Assembly: GCA_013239625.1 (NCBI GenBank)
Contig: MU053487.1
Span: 3,369,058-3,433,057 of the forward strand
Direction: 5' to 3'
Origin: Lama guanicoe
Lineage: Eukaryota
DNA: 64,000 nucleotides
In this document: one piece after another, positions 38,107-53,360 of the stretch
Layout of the letters: every line of letters begins with the position of its first letter
How positions within the stretch are numbered: the first letter of the stretch is position 1
Program-made: the position numbers and the translations under genes
Notes under the pieces: model-generated
The model's input: the letters and a program-made list of their open reading frames with translations, nothing else
What the model was told of the DNA's origin: nothing
Database searches by the model: none

Positions 38107-40151
38107 AATCGCCATCCTCGGCAGCCATTCCTGCTTGAAGGAATTGAGTCTCAGGTCCAGGGGAGATTTGGGCTGCTGCGCGGTGGAGGAGGGGGTCTGA
38201 CTTCAGCCCTTCCCTGGTTTTCATGGCCACCAGCCTCTCTGTACTTCCCTCCTCCGGTTGTACAGGTGAGAAGGATGTGGACAGCAAAAATAAAAAGAGA
38301 GGCACATGTGTCTAGGGGTGGAGCTGAAGGTCTCAAAATTCATTCCTGATGATGATGCTGGTGATGACAGTCCATATTTTCTGCAGGATCTGTGTGCACT
38401 GTTGTGATCAGGAAAAAAACATTTAAGTCGGCGCCACTCCTGTTTCTGCACCACTATGAATAACACTTGTGGTGCTCCCAGGTCTGCTTTGGGGCTGAGG
38501 GCACAGTGAGGACGTCCCCGCCACTCCTGTGGTTGTGCCAGTGTCCAGGCTGTGACCCCTCCCTTCTGGGACGGCCTCCACTCTGACATCTGGGGGGAAC
38601 GGGCGAGGGCCTCCCTGTGCTTGAGCAGTTTCTGTGGAACATCACACAGAGCCCTGTTGTCAAGGCACAAACACGAACACAACAGGACCCCCCCCCCAGT
38701 GTTCCGGCCGAGATGAAGTGGAGACAGGCTGGTGGACAGTGGCCTGATTTGAGGGGCAGCTCCCAGTTCCCGACAGCTGTAAGAGTTGGGGGGTGTCCAG
38801 TCTGCCTCAGAAAAGACCAGAATGGTCGGTGCACAAGCACTAATTCAGGACAGTTCTACACTTTGTGGGCCATGTTTGTTTTCCTTTCAAAATGAAAATA
38901 CCTTCATCAAGTCTCATTAGAAGACTGCATATTCTTACACCTACTCTATTATAACTAGAAGAGTGTCAGGGAGAATCATGGTCCTGCTTTTTAAACCCTG
39001 AAGTGTGAGATTCTGTGCATGTTGAGAGAGAACGACAGGGAAGCAGCCTCCTAATCTTTCCTTTTGGACTGTGGTTTCAGGCTGTTGAAGATACCAGATA
39101 GCCTTCAGCCAGTCCACCCTAAGTCTGACCTTCAGTTTGTTGCTGTCTTAAATAATGCATTTGTATTATGCTTTTTTTTCTTATTCACAAAGGATATCTT
39201 CTCATTGCTGACAAAAATTTTAAATACTACGACCCAAAGGAAGGATGTAAAAATCATCCACAATCCTTTAACCCAGTGATAACACCGTTACAATTTTGAG
39301 GGCTGCCCTTCCAACCTTCTTTTTCTATGCCCATAAATAAACATACTTTATTTGAACAAACCAGGGCAATTTTTTAATGCAACATCCCTAGTGGTTGTCT
39401 AAGGTTTTGTTGTTCTGGCATTTACCTTGTCCGTCTCCCTCGGCTGGAGGTGGCAGACAGAGGTAGGCATGGCTTCCAGAGTTTAGACAGTGCAAACGTT
39501 ATCTTGTCCCTTGTCCCTGAGGGACAAGCTCTTGGAGGTAGGATTCCTGAATCCAAGGGTCCGACACACCCTGCTGATTGTACCTCAGGAGCAATGTGTG
39601 AGGACACCTGTTCCAACCCACGTTTCTCATTCATTCATCCATTCATTCACTCATCGTTTACTGAGCACCTGCTCCATGGCAGGCCTTCTTCCAGTTCCGG
39701 GGTGTATCAGTGAGCAAGGCAGGTAAGCATTGCTGTCGTGGGCCTCACATAAGGGGACAGTCAACAAAACCTTGCCCCTTTCCATACCGCTGTGGTAGGG
39801 GAGAGCCCCTCCCTCCTGCCTTGCCGTGGTCTTTCTCTGCCATTTGTGTCCTGGTGTCTTGACTTGGCCCCCTTGGTTCTCTGTACTCCTGGGAGCGCCT
39901 GACGGTGGGTGGGGAGTTTGGACCCCTTTAGATGAGTTTTCCCAGCCCAAGTCAGAGGCCCTGACTACAGAGACTCCCCCCGCTGGCCCCTGGGGCCTCT
40001 GGAGCCCTCAGGTCACTCTGTTCCTAACTTTACCCTAGCTTGTGGATTGGGGTGGGAGGTGGGTGCTGCGCTCCCATTCGGGGGGTGACTGGTTTGTTTT
40101 GTATCTCCCATGTGACCTCCAGCTAACCACAGCCTCCCCTCCCATTCTCAG

Positions 40152-40192
40152 CGTCACTGGCCGGCATGAGGCTGGAGGAAGGTGACATTGCG
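40152..40192 (+). CDS. XYLB: XYLB exon 11
   Basis: SLAGMRLEEGDIA; 41-nt exon with AG and GTAAG boundaries. Confidence 0.95.
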
Positions 40193-40642
40193 GTAAGGTG
40201 ACCTCTTACACCCACAGGCGGGCTCAGCTCTTTCTGCCCTGGGGATGAGGGTGCTAGGTCTTGGCAGCATCTTTGGTGCCTGTCAAGAGCTTCCAGGGTC
40301 AAAAGGCAGCTGAGGGAGGAGACAGGGAGACCCAGGCCCCAGGACCTGTCCACATCTCCTCTCTTAAAGCGCAGCTGCCTTTGCTGAGCAGACAGTCCCC
40401 TGCCTGCCTTGACAGTGGCCAGACCTGGCGAGCACAGTGGCAGAAGGGTCAGACCTCAGGCCAGAGGATTGTGAGCTCCTGAGGTGACAGACATAACCCA
40501 GGCTTTTCTGGGTTTGGTGAACCAGTCATCACCCAAACCATTAGTTAGAGGCTGTTGTGGTAAGTTCTAGAAAATCGACCGGAATCCAAGCAGCTGACTG
40601 TGGACTCATCTGGTGTGGGAGGGTCAGAAGAGGTTTCTCTGA

Positions 40643-40870
<228 letters not shown>

Positions 40871-41509
40871 TAGGCTGGGTGGGGAAGGCCACGTGGCGCC
40901 CCCACAGGTCATTCCACTGCAGCGGGGACCCCAGGGACTCACTGCCGAGAGCAGCGTTGGGTGGGAAGCCACCTAGGACCTGGAGTCTCTCCCAAACCCG
41001 GCTACAAATCCCACCCCCAACAGCTGTGTCCTGTGTGGCCTGAGGCCCATCTGAGCCACACTTTGCTGGTTAACAGAGAATAAGAGGTTTACTTCACAGT
41101 GTTGGTATGACGTGTCTGGCACGTGGTGGACCTTTGACTAATGGTAGTAAGGATGTCCTGCTTCCTGACCATTCTCATGGAAAGGGTCTGCTCTGAACGC
41201 TTCAAACAGGCATTTGGGGACCCACTGGAAGCTACTGAGGAAGGTTTTTCTGGCCTCTAAGCTCCAAGAACCATTGGAGAATATGTGGGTCTGGTAAATC
41301 TAGCCAGCCCTGCTCTTGTCCAGATGGTACAATGTGCTGAAACCACATGTCCGTCTCTCCCTTGGGCTCTTTCATGGTGACCTCCTCTATAAACAGCCCA
41401 AGACAAGTGTGCTTCCTGGTGACTCCCAGGGCCGTGTGCTGCACCTGACACCTGAGGAGGAACCTCAGATCCCTGTCTGTGCCCTGGCTGGGGTTGTGGT
41501 CCAGCCTGA

Positions 41510-42034
<525 letters not shown>

Positions 42035-42118
42035 TAGGGTTAGTGGGGCAGCTGCCTAGTGGCCTGGGCTGCCAGGTGAGAGTAGGAAGAACTGCTTCTA
42101 AGAAAAGCTAGCCCAGAG

Positions 42119-42215
42119 CGGGGAGGGTATAGCTCAGTGGTAGAGCGCATGCTTGGCATGCACGAGGTCCTAGGTTCAATCCCCAGGACCTCTGTTAAAT
42201 AAATCAATAAAGCTA
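42119..42215 (+). mobile_element. tRNA-Ala-derived SINE
   Basis: Near-consensus head; TSD AAGAAAAGCTAGCC at 42100-42113 and 42216-42229. Confidence 0.92.
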
Positions 42216-42386
42216 AAGAAAAGCTAGCCTAGGCCTTTCCAGTTGCCCTCTGTCCTGCTGAGAGTACTCACAGGTCCCATCCAGGGGGCGAGGGGCCTGG
42301 GGGACAGAGATAGAGGGCCATCTCACCCTGCTGTTTCCTAAAGCTACCTAGAACCTGATCTCCCGTTTCTGATCACTGATAGCTAA

Positions 42387-42524
<138 letters not shown>

Positions 42525-42604
42525 TGACTATTTAACAAATGCCTATCGAATTACTTTAGTTTTAGGGACCTTATTCATTCACTCAGCTATTGATAAAACA
42601 CTTA

Positions 42605-44700
42605 AAATTTGTTTTCTTTATTGCAGTATAGTTGATTTACAATATTGTGTTAGTTTCAAGTGTACAGAAAAGTTATTGTTATTTTTTTCAGATTACATTC
42701 CGTTTTAGGTTATTAGATACTGCATATAATTACGTGTTATGCAGTAAACACTTGTTGCTTATCTATTTTATGTATAGTAGTTTGTATCTGTTAATCTCAT
42801 ATTCCTGATATGTCCCTCCCTCCCTCCCTCTCCCCTTTGGTAACCAGAAGTTTATTTTCTATATCAGTGAGCCTGTTTCTGTTTTATATATGGATTCATT
42901 CGCGTTATTTTTAGATTCCACATGTAGGTGATATCATATAGTATTTGTCTTTCTCTGACTTACTTCACTAGGCATAATGTTCTCTAGGTCCGTCCATGTT
43001 GCTGCAAACGGCAATATTTTATTCTTTTAAACAGTTGAGTAGTATTCGTGTGTGTGTGTGTGTGCGTGTGTGTACCACATCTTCTGTGTCCATTTAGTTG
43101 TTGATGGGCAGTTGGGTTGTTTCCATGTCTGGGCTGTTATAAAATAGTGCTGCTGTGAACATTCGGTTTCATGTATCTTTTTGAATTAGAATTTTCATTT
43201 CTTCTGGATATGTACCCAGGAGTAGGATTCCTGGATCATATGGTAGCTCTATTTTCAATTTTTTGAGGAACCTCCATACTGTTTTCCATAGTGGCTGCAC
43301 TGAACTACATTCCCACCAACAGTGTAGAAGGGTTCCCTTTTCTCTACATCCTCTTCAGCATTTATTATTTGTAGACTTTTTGATGACAGCCATTCTGACC
43401 AGTATGAGGTAATACCTCATCATGGTTTTGATTTGCATTTGTCTAATAATTAGCACTTTTGAGCATCTTTTCATGTGTCTGTTGGCCATATATCTGTATG
43501 TCTTCTTTGGAGAAATTTCTGTTTAGGTCTTCTGCCCATTTTTTTGATTGGGTTATTTGTTTCTTTTGTTATTGAGCTATATGAGTTGTTTGTGTATTAC
43601 GAAAATTAAGCCCTTGTTGATTGCATCATTTGCAAATATTTTCTCCTGTTCTGTGGATTTTTTTCATTTTATTGACTTATGTCAGAGAATGTTTTGTCTA
43701 TGTTCTCTTGTAGGAGTTTTATGGTGTCATGTCTTGTATTTAGGTCTTTAAACTATTTTATGTTTATTTTTGTATATGGAGTGAAGAAGTATTCTAATTT
43801 CATTGATTTACACGTAGGCATCCAGCTTTTCCAACACTGCTTGCTGAAGAGACTGTCTTTTCTCCATTGTACAGTCTTGCCTCCTTTGTTGTAGATTAAT
43901 TGGCCATGGGCATGTGGGTTGATTTCTGGACTCTGTGTTCTGTTCCATTGATCTGTTTTTGTGTCAGTACAGTTTGATAACTGTAGCTTTGTAGTATAAT
44001 CTGAAGTCTAGAAGGGTTATGCCTTTAGCTTTGTTCTTTTTCCTCAGGATTGCTTTGGCAATTCTGGGCCTTTTGTGGTTCCATATAAATTTTAGGATTA
44101 TTTGTTCCAGTTCTGTGAAAAATGTCATAGGCATTTTGATAGGGATCACGTTAAATCTGTAGATTGTTTTGGGTAGTATTTTAACATTAATTCCTCCAAT
44201 CCAAGAGCCTGGGATAGCTTTCCATTTCTTTGAATCATCTTCAATTTCCTTTACCATTGTTTTATATCAGCATATAGGTCATTCACCTCCTTGGTTAAGT
44301 TTATTCCTAGGGTTTTTTGTTTTTTGTTTTTTTGATATGATTTTAAATGGGATTTTTTTTACTTTCTTCCTGATATTTTATTATTAGTGTAAAGAAATAT
44401 AACAGATTTCTGTATATTAATCTTGTATCCTGCTACTTGCTGAATTAATTTATTGGTTCTAACAGTTTTTGTGTGGGAACTTTAGGGTTCTCTATGGAGT
44501 TTCATGTCATCTGCAGATAGTGACGGTTTTACCTCTTCCCTTCCAATTTGGATCCCTTTTACTTCTTTCTCTTGTCTGACTGCTGTGGCTAGGACTATGC
44601 TGAGTAGAAGTGATGAGAGTGGGCATCCTTGTTCCTGAATTTAGCAGGAAGGGTTTCAGATTTCACTGTTGGGTATTATGTTGGCAGTAGGTTTGTCATA
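42605..44700 (-). mobile_element. 5'-truncated L1 (about 2.1 kb) in XYLB intron 14
   Basis: ORF 43964-44257 resembles L1 ORF2 ([11 protein letters not shown]...YRFNVIPIK...[10 protein letters not shown]...[12 protein letters not shown]); 3'UTR at left end; internal (TG)n near 43047. Confidence 0.92.
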
Positions 44701-46104
44701 GTAAAACATACTTCCAATGTGCCAGGGTGCACGCTAGGTGCTGGGTTATCAGCAGAATCTAAGACAGATGTCATACTTCCTCACAAAGAGGGGCACGGGA
44801 CACCAAAGGATCCTCCCCGAGCTAACGTGTGCTCCCACGGACGTCCCTGAGCATCACAGAGCCTGTTTCCTTGGCGAGCCTTATACTACACCCCCCACCT
44901 CCAGATCGTGAATTTCCTCCTGATTAAAAGAGCTTCTGGGACAGGAGGCACCAACATTTGTGGGCGTTTATTAAGCACAGTTTAGTTCCAGGTTCTGTGC
45001 TGGTGGGTTTCTGTATGTTTCTGATTTCCTCTCAAAGCAACTTTGTGAATTAGTAGTATCCCCTGTACAGATGGAGAGATTGAGGCTCAGAGAGGCAAAT
45101 AAGGCGTCCGATGCACGAGGGCGTGGGTGGTGGAGGGGGCCCAACCGAGTCCTAGGGATTTGGTCAATACTTGCTGCTTGGAATTGACTTTTCTGTGAGA
45201 CACTTGGTTGCCAGAGTCATCGCCACGTTTTCGATTGGACCTGAGAGACAAGTGACCCTAAAAAAACGTCTGGGGAGCTTTAGTAAGTCATTCTGCCTAG
45301 TGACTGTAGCAGTTAGGGTTGGAGTATACGGCCGGTGCTGGCATGGCATACTGAGTGGTAGGTGGAAAGCTTTATATAAAGTGTAGGGAGTTCATCTCTG
45401 TCTCCTGATAGGGGTCAGTTTGGTTTCTGACGTTCATGGAAAGAAGATATGCCTGTTCTCCTTTGTGTAAAGCTGCCTAGGTTTGTTAAGGAGAAGGTGA
45501 TTTTCTTTGTTCATTCATTCTCTCCACAGATATGTGTGAGTGGTGCCAGGCACTGGGGACACAAAGGAGAGCAAGACAGGGGGATCACTGCTCCACAGAC
45601 GGAGCCCAGTGTCCAGGAGAATGTAATCAAATGAGTGCACACACGATGTGGTGTGGGATGCAGCCGAGATGGGAAGGGACGGGAGCAGGGGAAAGCAGGG
45701 GTGGGCCAGGGACTTGCCCTGGGTGGGGTAACCAGGTGGGCCTCCCTGAGGAGGTGGCCTGGAGGTGGAGACTTGAGGGATGAGAGGGACCCCACATGGG
45801 AAGTGTGGGCAGACTCCCGGCAGAGGGAGCAGTTTGAGGAACGGAAAGCAGGTGAGTGGGGTTGGAACGGTTCCCCAGGGAGGGGGTGGCACTGTCCATC
45901 ACTGGTCTCAGGAGCTGAGGAGACGGCTAGGCTGGAGTTGGTGCCGTTCGGCATTAGCCCGAAGGGCGTGCCACAGCATGCGTTCCCAGCACATGCCCCT
46001 GGCTCTCCCTGAGTGAGCGTCAGCTGCGGAGTCCAGGCCCTATTGTCTGCTTTCTAACATCCCTAAGGCAGGGACCACCATCACCTCACTTTTGTTAAAA
46101 AAGA

Positions 46105-46182
46105 CAGTGAGGCTCAGCAAGATTTATGTAACTTATTCAAGGTCAGTGAGGCTCAGCAAGATTTATGTAACTTATCCAAGGT
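46105..46182. repeat. 39-bp tandem duplication within a MIR core
   Basis: CAGTGAGGCTCAGCAAGATTTATGTAACTTAT(T/C)CAAGGT x2, one mismatch. Confidence 0.95.
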
Positions 46183-46300
46183 CACAGAGCTGATCAGCAG
46201 AGACAGAACTTGAACCCTTGTCGGCGTGAGACTGAGTTCTCTGATGCTCTGACTCCCCGCAGTGATAAGCGCCTGAGGCTGTGAGCACGTGGGTGCGAGC

Positions 46301-46708
<408 letters not shown>

Positions 46709-47029
46709 TGAGCTGCTGCTGGTGGGCTTTGGTTTGGGTTGGGGGCCAAGGGTCCTGCCCATACCCTGAAGGCTTGAGACCGTTCTTGGCCGTCAGGCCG
46801 GGCTCAGTGGCCACTCTGTTAAGACTCCATTACAAGGGCCTCGTGCAAGAGGGAGGTGGATCCTGGCCCCTGTGTGTGTATATTTGTCCCTCTGGGCAGC
46901 TGCTGCTGTCAAGAGAAAGTAGAAAACTCCTGAAGCTTGTGCTCGAGGGCTTCCTCTTGATACGTTTCTGGATAATCCAAGTTCTGTGTAGTTTATATTT
47001 TATGCTTTAGGATGCTTTAAAAATAAGCA

Positions 47030-47600
47030 CTAGGTAAACCTTTTGGAAAACCTGTTAGGCAGCGTTGACTAAGGCTGCATACATGCCTGCCCAGCAGCCT
47101 CACCTCCCGGCGGGTGCATGACAGGGACGTGTGCACATGTTCGCTGTAGACGGACAGGACACTGGCCGTGGCCCTGAGCTTAGCAGCCCCACGCTGGAAA
47201 CAGCCCAATGTCCGTCGATGGTAGACAGGATAAATGCATCGTGGGGTGTTCAGGCGACATGATACTGCACAGGAATGAAAGTGAACCAGCCTCAAACACC
47301 CGCAGTAAAATGGACGAATCTCACAAATGAAAATGGTGAACAAAAGAAGACAAACCCAAAAGTATGTGTGGCAGATTCCCCAGGTGTCAAATTCAAAGGC
47401 AGGCAAAACTATCTGCTGTTGTTAGAAGCTGGGGTAGTTAGTAATCACCTTCTGGGGGGCCTGGAGTGCCTCTGGGGTGCTGGTGAGGTTCTGTTTCATG
47501 GGTTACACAGGAGTGTTTAGTTGTGAAAGTGTGTCCAGCTGTCAGCTTATGCATGTATGTATTTCAGGTTGTGTGTTGTAGTTTAGATAAACTTTTTAAT
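47030..47600 (+). mobile_element. Old L1 (L1MB/MC-like) 3' region
   Basis: CTGGAAACAGCCCAATGTCC, ATGGACGAATCTCACAAA, AATTCAAAGGCAGGCAAAACT motifs. Confidence 0.65.
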
Positions 47601-48104
47601 AGAATGAACTCTGTAAACATTCCCACTCCTCTCCATCCCACCACTCAGAGTGTAAAAAGGTCTCCAAAGACTTCAAAGCTCCCTGAGAAATGAGACCTGG
47701 TGAGCAGGGCGGGGTGGGGGGTGCTGAGATGGGCCCGAGTGCCTGGCAGGAGGGTTTTCCGGTGGTCAGGAGGGGACACTCTGGGGAGCTCTCACCCCCA
47801 GCCCAGTCTGCAGGGAGAGGCAGTGAGGGTGGAGGGCTCCTCCTGGGCTCGGGGGCGGGGGGTGGTGGTGGTGGCTAGTGCGGTCATGTCATCATCCCCA
47901 GCCTTGGAAGGGATTCTTGTGCAAAACCGCATTAAGTTACCTATCCTCTTAGCAAGCTTAGGAGCAGAATCAAACCTGTCCTGCCAGCTCTGCTGGGTTC
48001 CCTTTCCAACAAGGTCACATAAATGAACACACTTGAACTCAGAAAGGGCTGCACAAAGGGGAGGCATCATCCTGCCCGCTGCCATGTGGGCTGACTTGTT
48101 AGCA

Positions 48105-48202
48105 TTTTTTCTTTTCTTTTTTTCTAATGGAGGTACTGGGGATTGAACCCAGGAGCTCGTACGCGTTAGGCATGTGCTCTGCCGCTGAGCTATGCTGCCC
48201 CC
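48105..48202 (-). mobile_element. tRNA-Ala-derived SINE
   Basis: TGGAGGTACTGGGGATTGAACCCAGG...CTGAGCTA; flanking CATTTTTTCTT repeats. Confidence 0.85.
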
Positions 48203-49710
48203 ATCACATTTTTTCTTGATCAGTCATAATCTCATCTTAATAAGAGTCTAAGGAGAATAAAAAGGCATTTGAAGTAAGACTGATGATCATGATAATAATA
48301 GCTGCCAACATTTATTGAGCACCTACTGTGTGCCCAGCCTGGTACCTAAGTACTTTATTAATAAAAACAGTGTCTCTGGGGCATCACTCCTGCTTCACAA
48401 AGTAGGAAACCAAGACTCAGAGCGTTCCATCACTTGCTAGAGGCTGGAGAGCTTCTGAACCAAGCCAGTCTGTCTGCAGACTCTGGGTTCTTAACTGCGG
48501 GGCTACATCTACTTCTTTAAGGAATGATCATTCTTTTGATGTTTAGACACCATTACATGTGTGCACCCAGCTGGGCAGGGCTAAAGCCATGGTCCCTTTT
48601 CAGCTTGTCTCTATGTACATTTCGTTTAGGTTGACTTAAAAGAGCAACAAAGCCTTATAAAAGCAAGTCTGCAAAATAAAGAGAAGAAAACTACCTTTAG
48701 TCCTGTCCCCTCTCCCCAGCCACCTGCACCCTCTGGACGTATTTTCTTCCAGTCTCCTTTATGACCTTATTTTCATAAAACCATAGTCCTGTTCCCTTTG
48801 TACCTACAAAGGGTACATACAAACCCAGAAGTGTGTCAAAACCTTCTACGTGGTGCTTTCCATCACTCCCAGCTGACTTTTCCCGCAGTCGGCAATAGAG
48901 CACGTTTTGCTTTTCCAGTGTGGAATCACACCACAACATCTTCCCTCGTCCTGGATTGTTTCCTTAGCAGGCTGACATTCCTTCCCCTTTCTCCAGCCCA
49001 GGCACGCTTCTGATGGCTGCGGATGAGGATGGGGGAGGCTGCAGGGGCTTACAACATTTATTTGTTTTTAAATACTTGCATAATAAAGGAACACTTCTTC
49101 TTGTGAAAGAGTCCCGTGACACGGAATTTAGGGATCTAAGCAGATCTAAGAGATTACAGAGCTCTCTCAGTCTCTGTTTTCCCTCCCTGCCCCCAGCTTC
49201 CGCAACAGCACTTACCCTGAGTCCTTGGGGGAGGGTGGGGGTGGGGAGCAGTAACTCTGTGTTTGAGACCTCTACGTTTCACCAACACCACCCAATGCTT
49301 GGCAGGTTTCTCTGTCCTGGTAGTTTATGTCCCTCTGGAGGGTTACTATGCCACCTACCTTGCATGGCAGGTACAGCAAGTCAGCACTTCAGAGCTCATC
49401 TCTCCTGGGAATTTAATTTATTTAAACTTCTTGGCTTTACAACTTTTTGATAGGATTACATAAAAATATGTTTTTGTTTGTTTGTTTATTCAGCAGTCTT
49501 TCATTGTTACAGCACAATGGCTGTGCTTTCTTGACCATCTCCATTTTAACCTGAAATGGAACTATGTCTTTTACTAGATGGAGGTTTATTATTTTTTATT
49601 GTGAAAAATGTCATGCATACAGTAGCATATATGCTTCATACAGCTAATTGTATAGCATATTAATAAATCAAGCACTTGTTCCTGAACACTCTGGTTAAGA
49701 ACTAGAACAT

Positions 49711-49840
49711 AGAAGGGTGGGTATATAGCTCAGAGGTAGATTGCATGTTTAGCATACATGAGGTCCTGAGTTCAAACCCTAGTACCTCTACTAAAAAAAA
49801 AAACACAAAATAAATAAATCTAATTCCCCCCCGTAAAAAA
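49711..49840 (+). mobile_element. tRNA-Ala-derived SINE
   Basis: Head plus tail; TSD AAGAA(C/A)TAGAACAT at 49697 and 49841. Confidence 0.85.
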
Positions 49841-51220
49841 AAGAAATAGAACATTTTCAGAATCTTAGAACCCTCCTGGGTACCCTCTTCAGTTTCATCC
49901 CCATCAACCCCCAGAGGTTTGCATTATCATTCCCCTGAACTTCTTTATGGTTTTGACAGTTATGAATGTATCCCCCAGATTACACTGACTTGTTCGCCTG
50001 GGTCTGAACTTCATGGTATATGGAATTATACTGGACGTGTTCTTATGTGACTCGCTTCTATAGCTCACATTACGTTTATGAATCCGTCCGTCTCAGTGGT
50101 GTATCTATTAGTTGTTAACTCTCATTGCAGGATAGCATTCCATCCATGACTATACCACAATTTATTTATCCATTCTTCTGTCATACACACTTGGTCTTTC
50201 CTGTTCAGTTTTGTGAATAACACTGCCATGAACAAGCTTGTAAATGTCCCTGGCTGGTTTTTCTTTTTCCATCTCTTCCTCTTAACTGGCCTTCGTAGTA
50301 AACTGACAGTTTACTGACTACATATGCTCTTTCTAGACCTTATCATTCTGGCTAGCATAATGTTAAAATTTTTTCTTCATATACCTTTAGGTAGCCCCTG
50401 CTTACATAGGTGCCCCGGCGTCACACACCATCACCTGGTGTCCTATGCCACCTGCTCCACTCAGGTACACCGTCCCTCTGGCCCCTGAAAATATTTCTAC
50501 TACTTCTTTTTCTAATAATTACCCTTAAATTTTTAACATAGGTACTAAAATTTATGGTTTTTATAAAATCAGTATTTGGAATTTACATCCTATTCAGTCA
50601 TTACACTCTCCACTCAAAAGATGTAATGTCCTCTCTCTTTTTTCTTTACCTCTCATTTTCTGGTTCCAGAAGGTTACTGATTTGTGTGCATTATACATCA
50701 GGAATTATTTAAGTTATGTATCCAGCTGGTTTATTTGATTACTGCTCTTTATTATGTGACACATCTAACTCGGCTTCAGGACATCCTTGACTGGTTCTTT
50801 CATGTAGAGGTGGGGGTACTTGTGGGGGGTGGTCTCTGACTGAAAATATTTTTATTTTACCTTCACACTTAAATGCTGCTTCTATCGTATGTGGAATTCT
50901 GAGTTGAAAAATCATAGTATTTCAGAACTTTGAAAATAATGTTCCATTGTTTTCTGACTTTTAGTGTTGTCAGTGAGAAGCCAGATGCCCATGTGAATGG
51001 TATTTTTTTTTTGCTAGACAATCTTCTAGAACCTTCTCTGTCTTCTCAGAATTCTAAAACTTCTCCTTTGAGTGTCCTGGCATAGAAAGTGCTGAGCCTC
51101 TTTTATCTGCATACACCTGACTATGCAGCTTGGGAACATTTATTATATGATTTCTTTAATTATTTTTTCCTCTGTTTTCTCTGTCCTTTGTTTTTTCTTT
51201 TACTATAATCCACAGTAGAC

Positions 51221-51435
51221 CAGTGGTTTTCAACAGGGGCTGTTTTGCCCACCCTCCCCGCCCCCAGCAGCTATTTGACAATATCTGGAGATATTTTTGT
51301 TTGTCATAGTAGCAAAGCTACTAGCATCTCATGGGGAGAGGCCAGGAACGCTAGTAAACGTCCTACAATGTCCAGAACAACCCTCCACAGCAAAGAATTA
51401 CCCAGCCCAAAACAGTACTGACATTGAGAAACCCT
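51221..51435. mobile_element. MER20 hAT-Charlie MITE
   Basis: CAGTGGTTTTCAAC...ACAATATCTGGAGA...GAGGCCAGG...AAAGAATTACCCAGCCCAAAA...TTGAGAAACCCT. Confidence 0.8.
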
Positions 51436-51820
51436 ATATTAACCAGGTGTTAGCCCCTGGTCCTAATTTCACTCTGCTTTATTTCATCTTTGAATTTGTC
51501 ACTATGAGCATCGATTTTGTTAACTTATCTGTCTGTCTATTGTCTGTCACTCCCCAACTAGAGAAACAAGTTGTCTGAGGGCAAGAATCTCACCTGTCTT
51601 GTTAAACCACTTATTCCCAGTGCTTGAACCACTTCCAGTGTCTTATAGGACCTGGTCTTGGGGTTCACACTCCATCATTTACACAATATCCTGTTTGTCA
51701 CATGCATCAGCCCTATTGAATGTGAGAGGGGACCACATGAAGGTAGGAGTATCGGAGTAGGGACCGTTTGGAGGTCATTTTTGGGGTCTGACAGGTATAC
51801 CTGTAAAGAGAATGTTTCTG

Positions 51821-51960
51821 GGTCTTTTTGTTTTTTTGTTTGTTTTGAGGAGGAGATAATTAGGTATTTACTTATTTATTTAAATGGAGGTACTGGGGAT
51901 TGAACCCATCACCTGATACATGCTAAGCATGCATTCTACTGCTAGGCTATACCCTCCCTG
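51821..51960 (-). mobile_element. tRNA-Ala-derived SINE
   Basis: Reverse-complement head; TSD AATGTTTCTG at 51811 and 51965. Confidence 0.85.
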
Positions 51961-52325
51961 CATAAATGTTTCTGTTAAGAATGATGTTTGCTGTAAATTT
52001 TGGATATATGTCCTTTATCAATTTAAGTAAGGCCCCTTCTATTCCTGGTTTGTTGAGAGATTTGGTTTTTTAATAGTTAAAAAAAATACACACATACAAA
52101 GCCTGAGAGCTGTAAGTGGTAGGTGGGGCAGCAGCCTCACAAGCAAGTTATGTGTGCCAGGCCTGCATGGACAGAGCCCACTCTGGATCACTCTCCCCAG
52201 TCCTGTGTGACCAGCAAGAGGCATTGGCCCAACACCAGCCCTTTGTGGCTGAAGAACTCTGGAAAACAGCCTTTTTTGCCTGGAGGGAATTGTCACAGCC
52301 ATTTTTTTTTCCTTTTTCCTTATAG

Positions 52326-52384
52326 TGCCCAAGACAAAGATTTTGGCCACGGGAGGGGCATCTCATAACAGAGACATCTTACAG
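52326..52384 (+). CDS. XYLB: XYLB exon 16
   Basis: PKTKILATGGASHNRDILQ, with the adenosine-binding TGGAS motif. Confidence 0.97.
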
Positions 52385-52954
52385 GTAAGTGCTGGTAGCA
52401 GGCCCTATTCTAGGGCCTCTTCCATGTCGAGCCAGACACTCAGTAGTAAGGACTGCCTCTGTTCCCACTCCTTCAGGGGTAGGGAGCTTACAGCTCATAG
52501 TCTCCCTGGAAGCCAGCTCTGTTACTTTGCAGCTCACAAAGCGAGCAAGTTCTGTCTAATACTCAGGTGAAATCCAATGTTCATCTCTACTCTCATACCA
52601 GCACTGGCCTCTGGAGTCACGCAGAAAGCATTTGTCCTTCCTGGAAAACCTTCTACATCTAATGCCAGTGTTCTTGTCTTCCTCAAGTTTTCTCCCTTCT
52701 AGTTTAAACATCTCTGATTTTCCCAACCGTTCTTCTTGTAATACAGTTGCCAGACCTTGTCACTGTTTTCCTGGTGCTTCATTATGCTAGAAAGAGATGC
52801 CCCAAAGTAGAATCAACCTACTGATATCTGACAGTCAGGCTGTCACATGGTGGGGCTGTCAATATCTTACTGGGACACTGGGCATTTTTGAATGTAGCCT
52901 GAGGCTGCCTTAGCTGTTTGAGTAACTGCATCAAGTGTTGACTTGTAATATACC

Positions 52955-53360
52955 TGTCTAAGGTAAGGTTCTCTAGAAGCAGAGCCTGATATGGGAATTC
53001 TTCTGTAAGTGATTAGTTGAGAGAGTACTCCCAGGAAAAAGGGACTGAGGGATGCAGGTAGGGCAGGGGAAGAAGGGTAAGCAAGGATATGGTTTTGGCT
53101 GGAGTCAGTGTCAGCTCCATCCCCTGGGGAGATATGGAACATGAACTGTGCCCCAGACTTGGCTCCATCTTGAGGTGAGGGAGCCAACTGGCTACCCTAG
53201 GAAGAGGTGAGAATAACCTCCTGTGAGAAGCAGCCTCTGTTCAGCCAAGAGCAGTTATTTTGAGGAGGGGCAGCTGTGAGCCATTGGCAGCCAGTACTCA
53301 CAGCATCTGGGCGAGGGGGTCACACCAGTCCAGTAAGGGGATCCAGATGGGGCATCAACA
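52955..53360. mobile_element. LTR16-like ERVL solo LTR
   Basis: GGTTCTCTAGAAGCAGAGCCTGA...GAGTACTCCCAGG resembles the LTR16 consensus as recalled. Confidence 0.55.

Noticed and set aside
42119..42195. Apparent tRNA-Ala gene (and similar copies)
   Set aside because: A-rich tails, TSDs, mismatched acceptor stems and many dispersed diverged copies indicate SINEs, not tRNA genes.
43964..44257. ORF resembling L1 ORF2
   Set aside because: Fragment of a truncated, frameshifted L1, not a functional gene.
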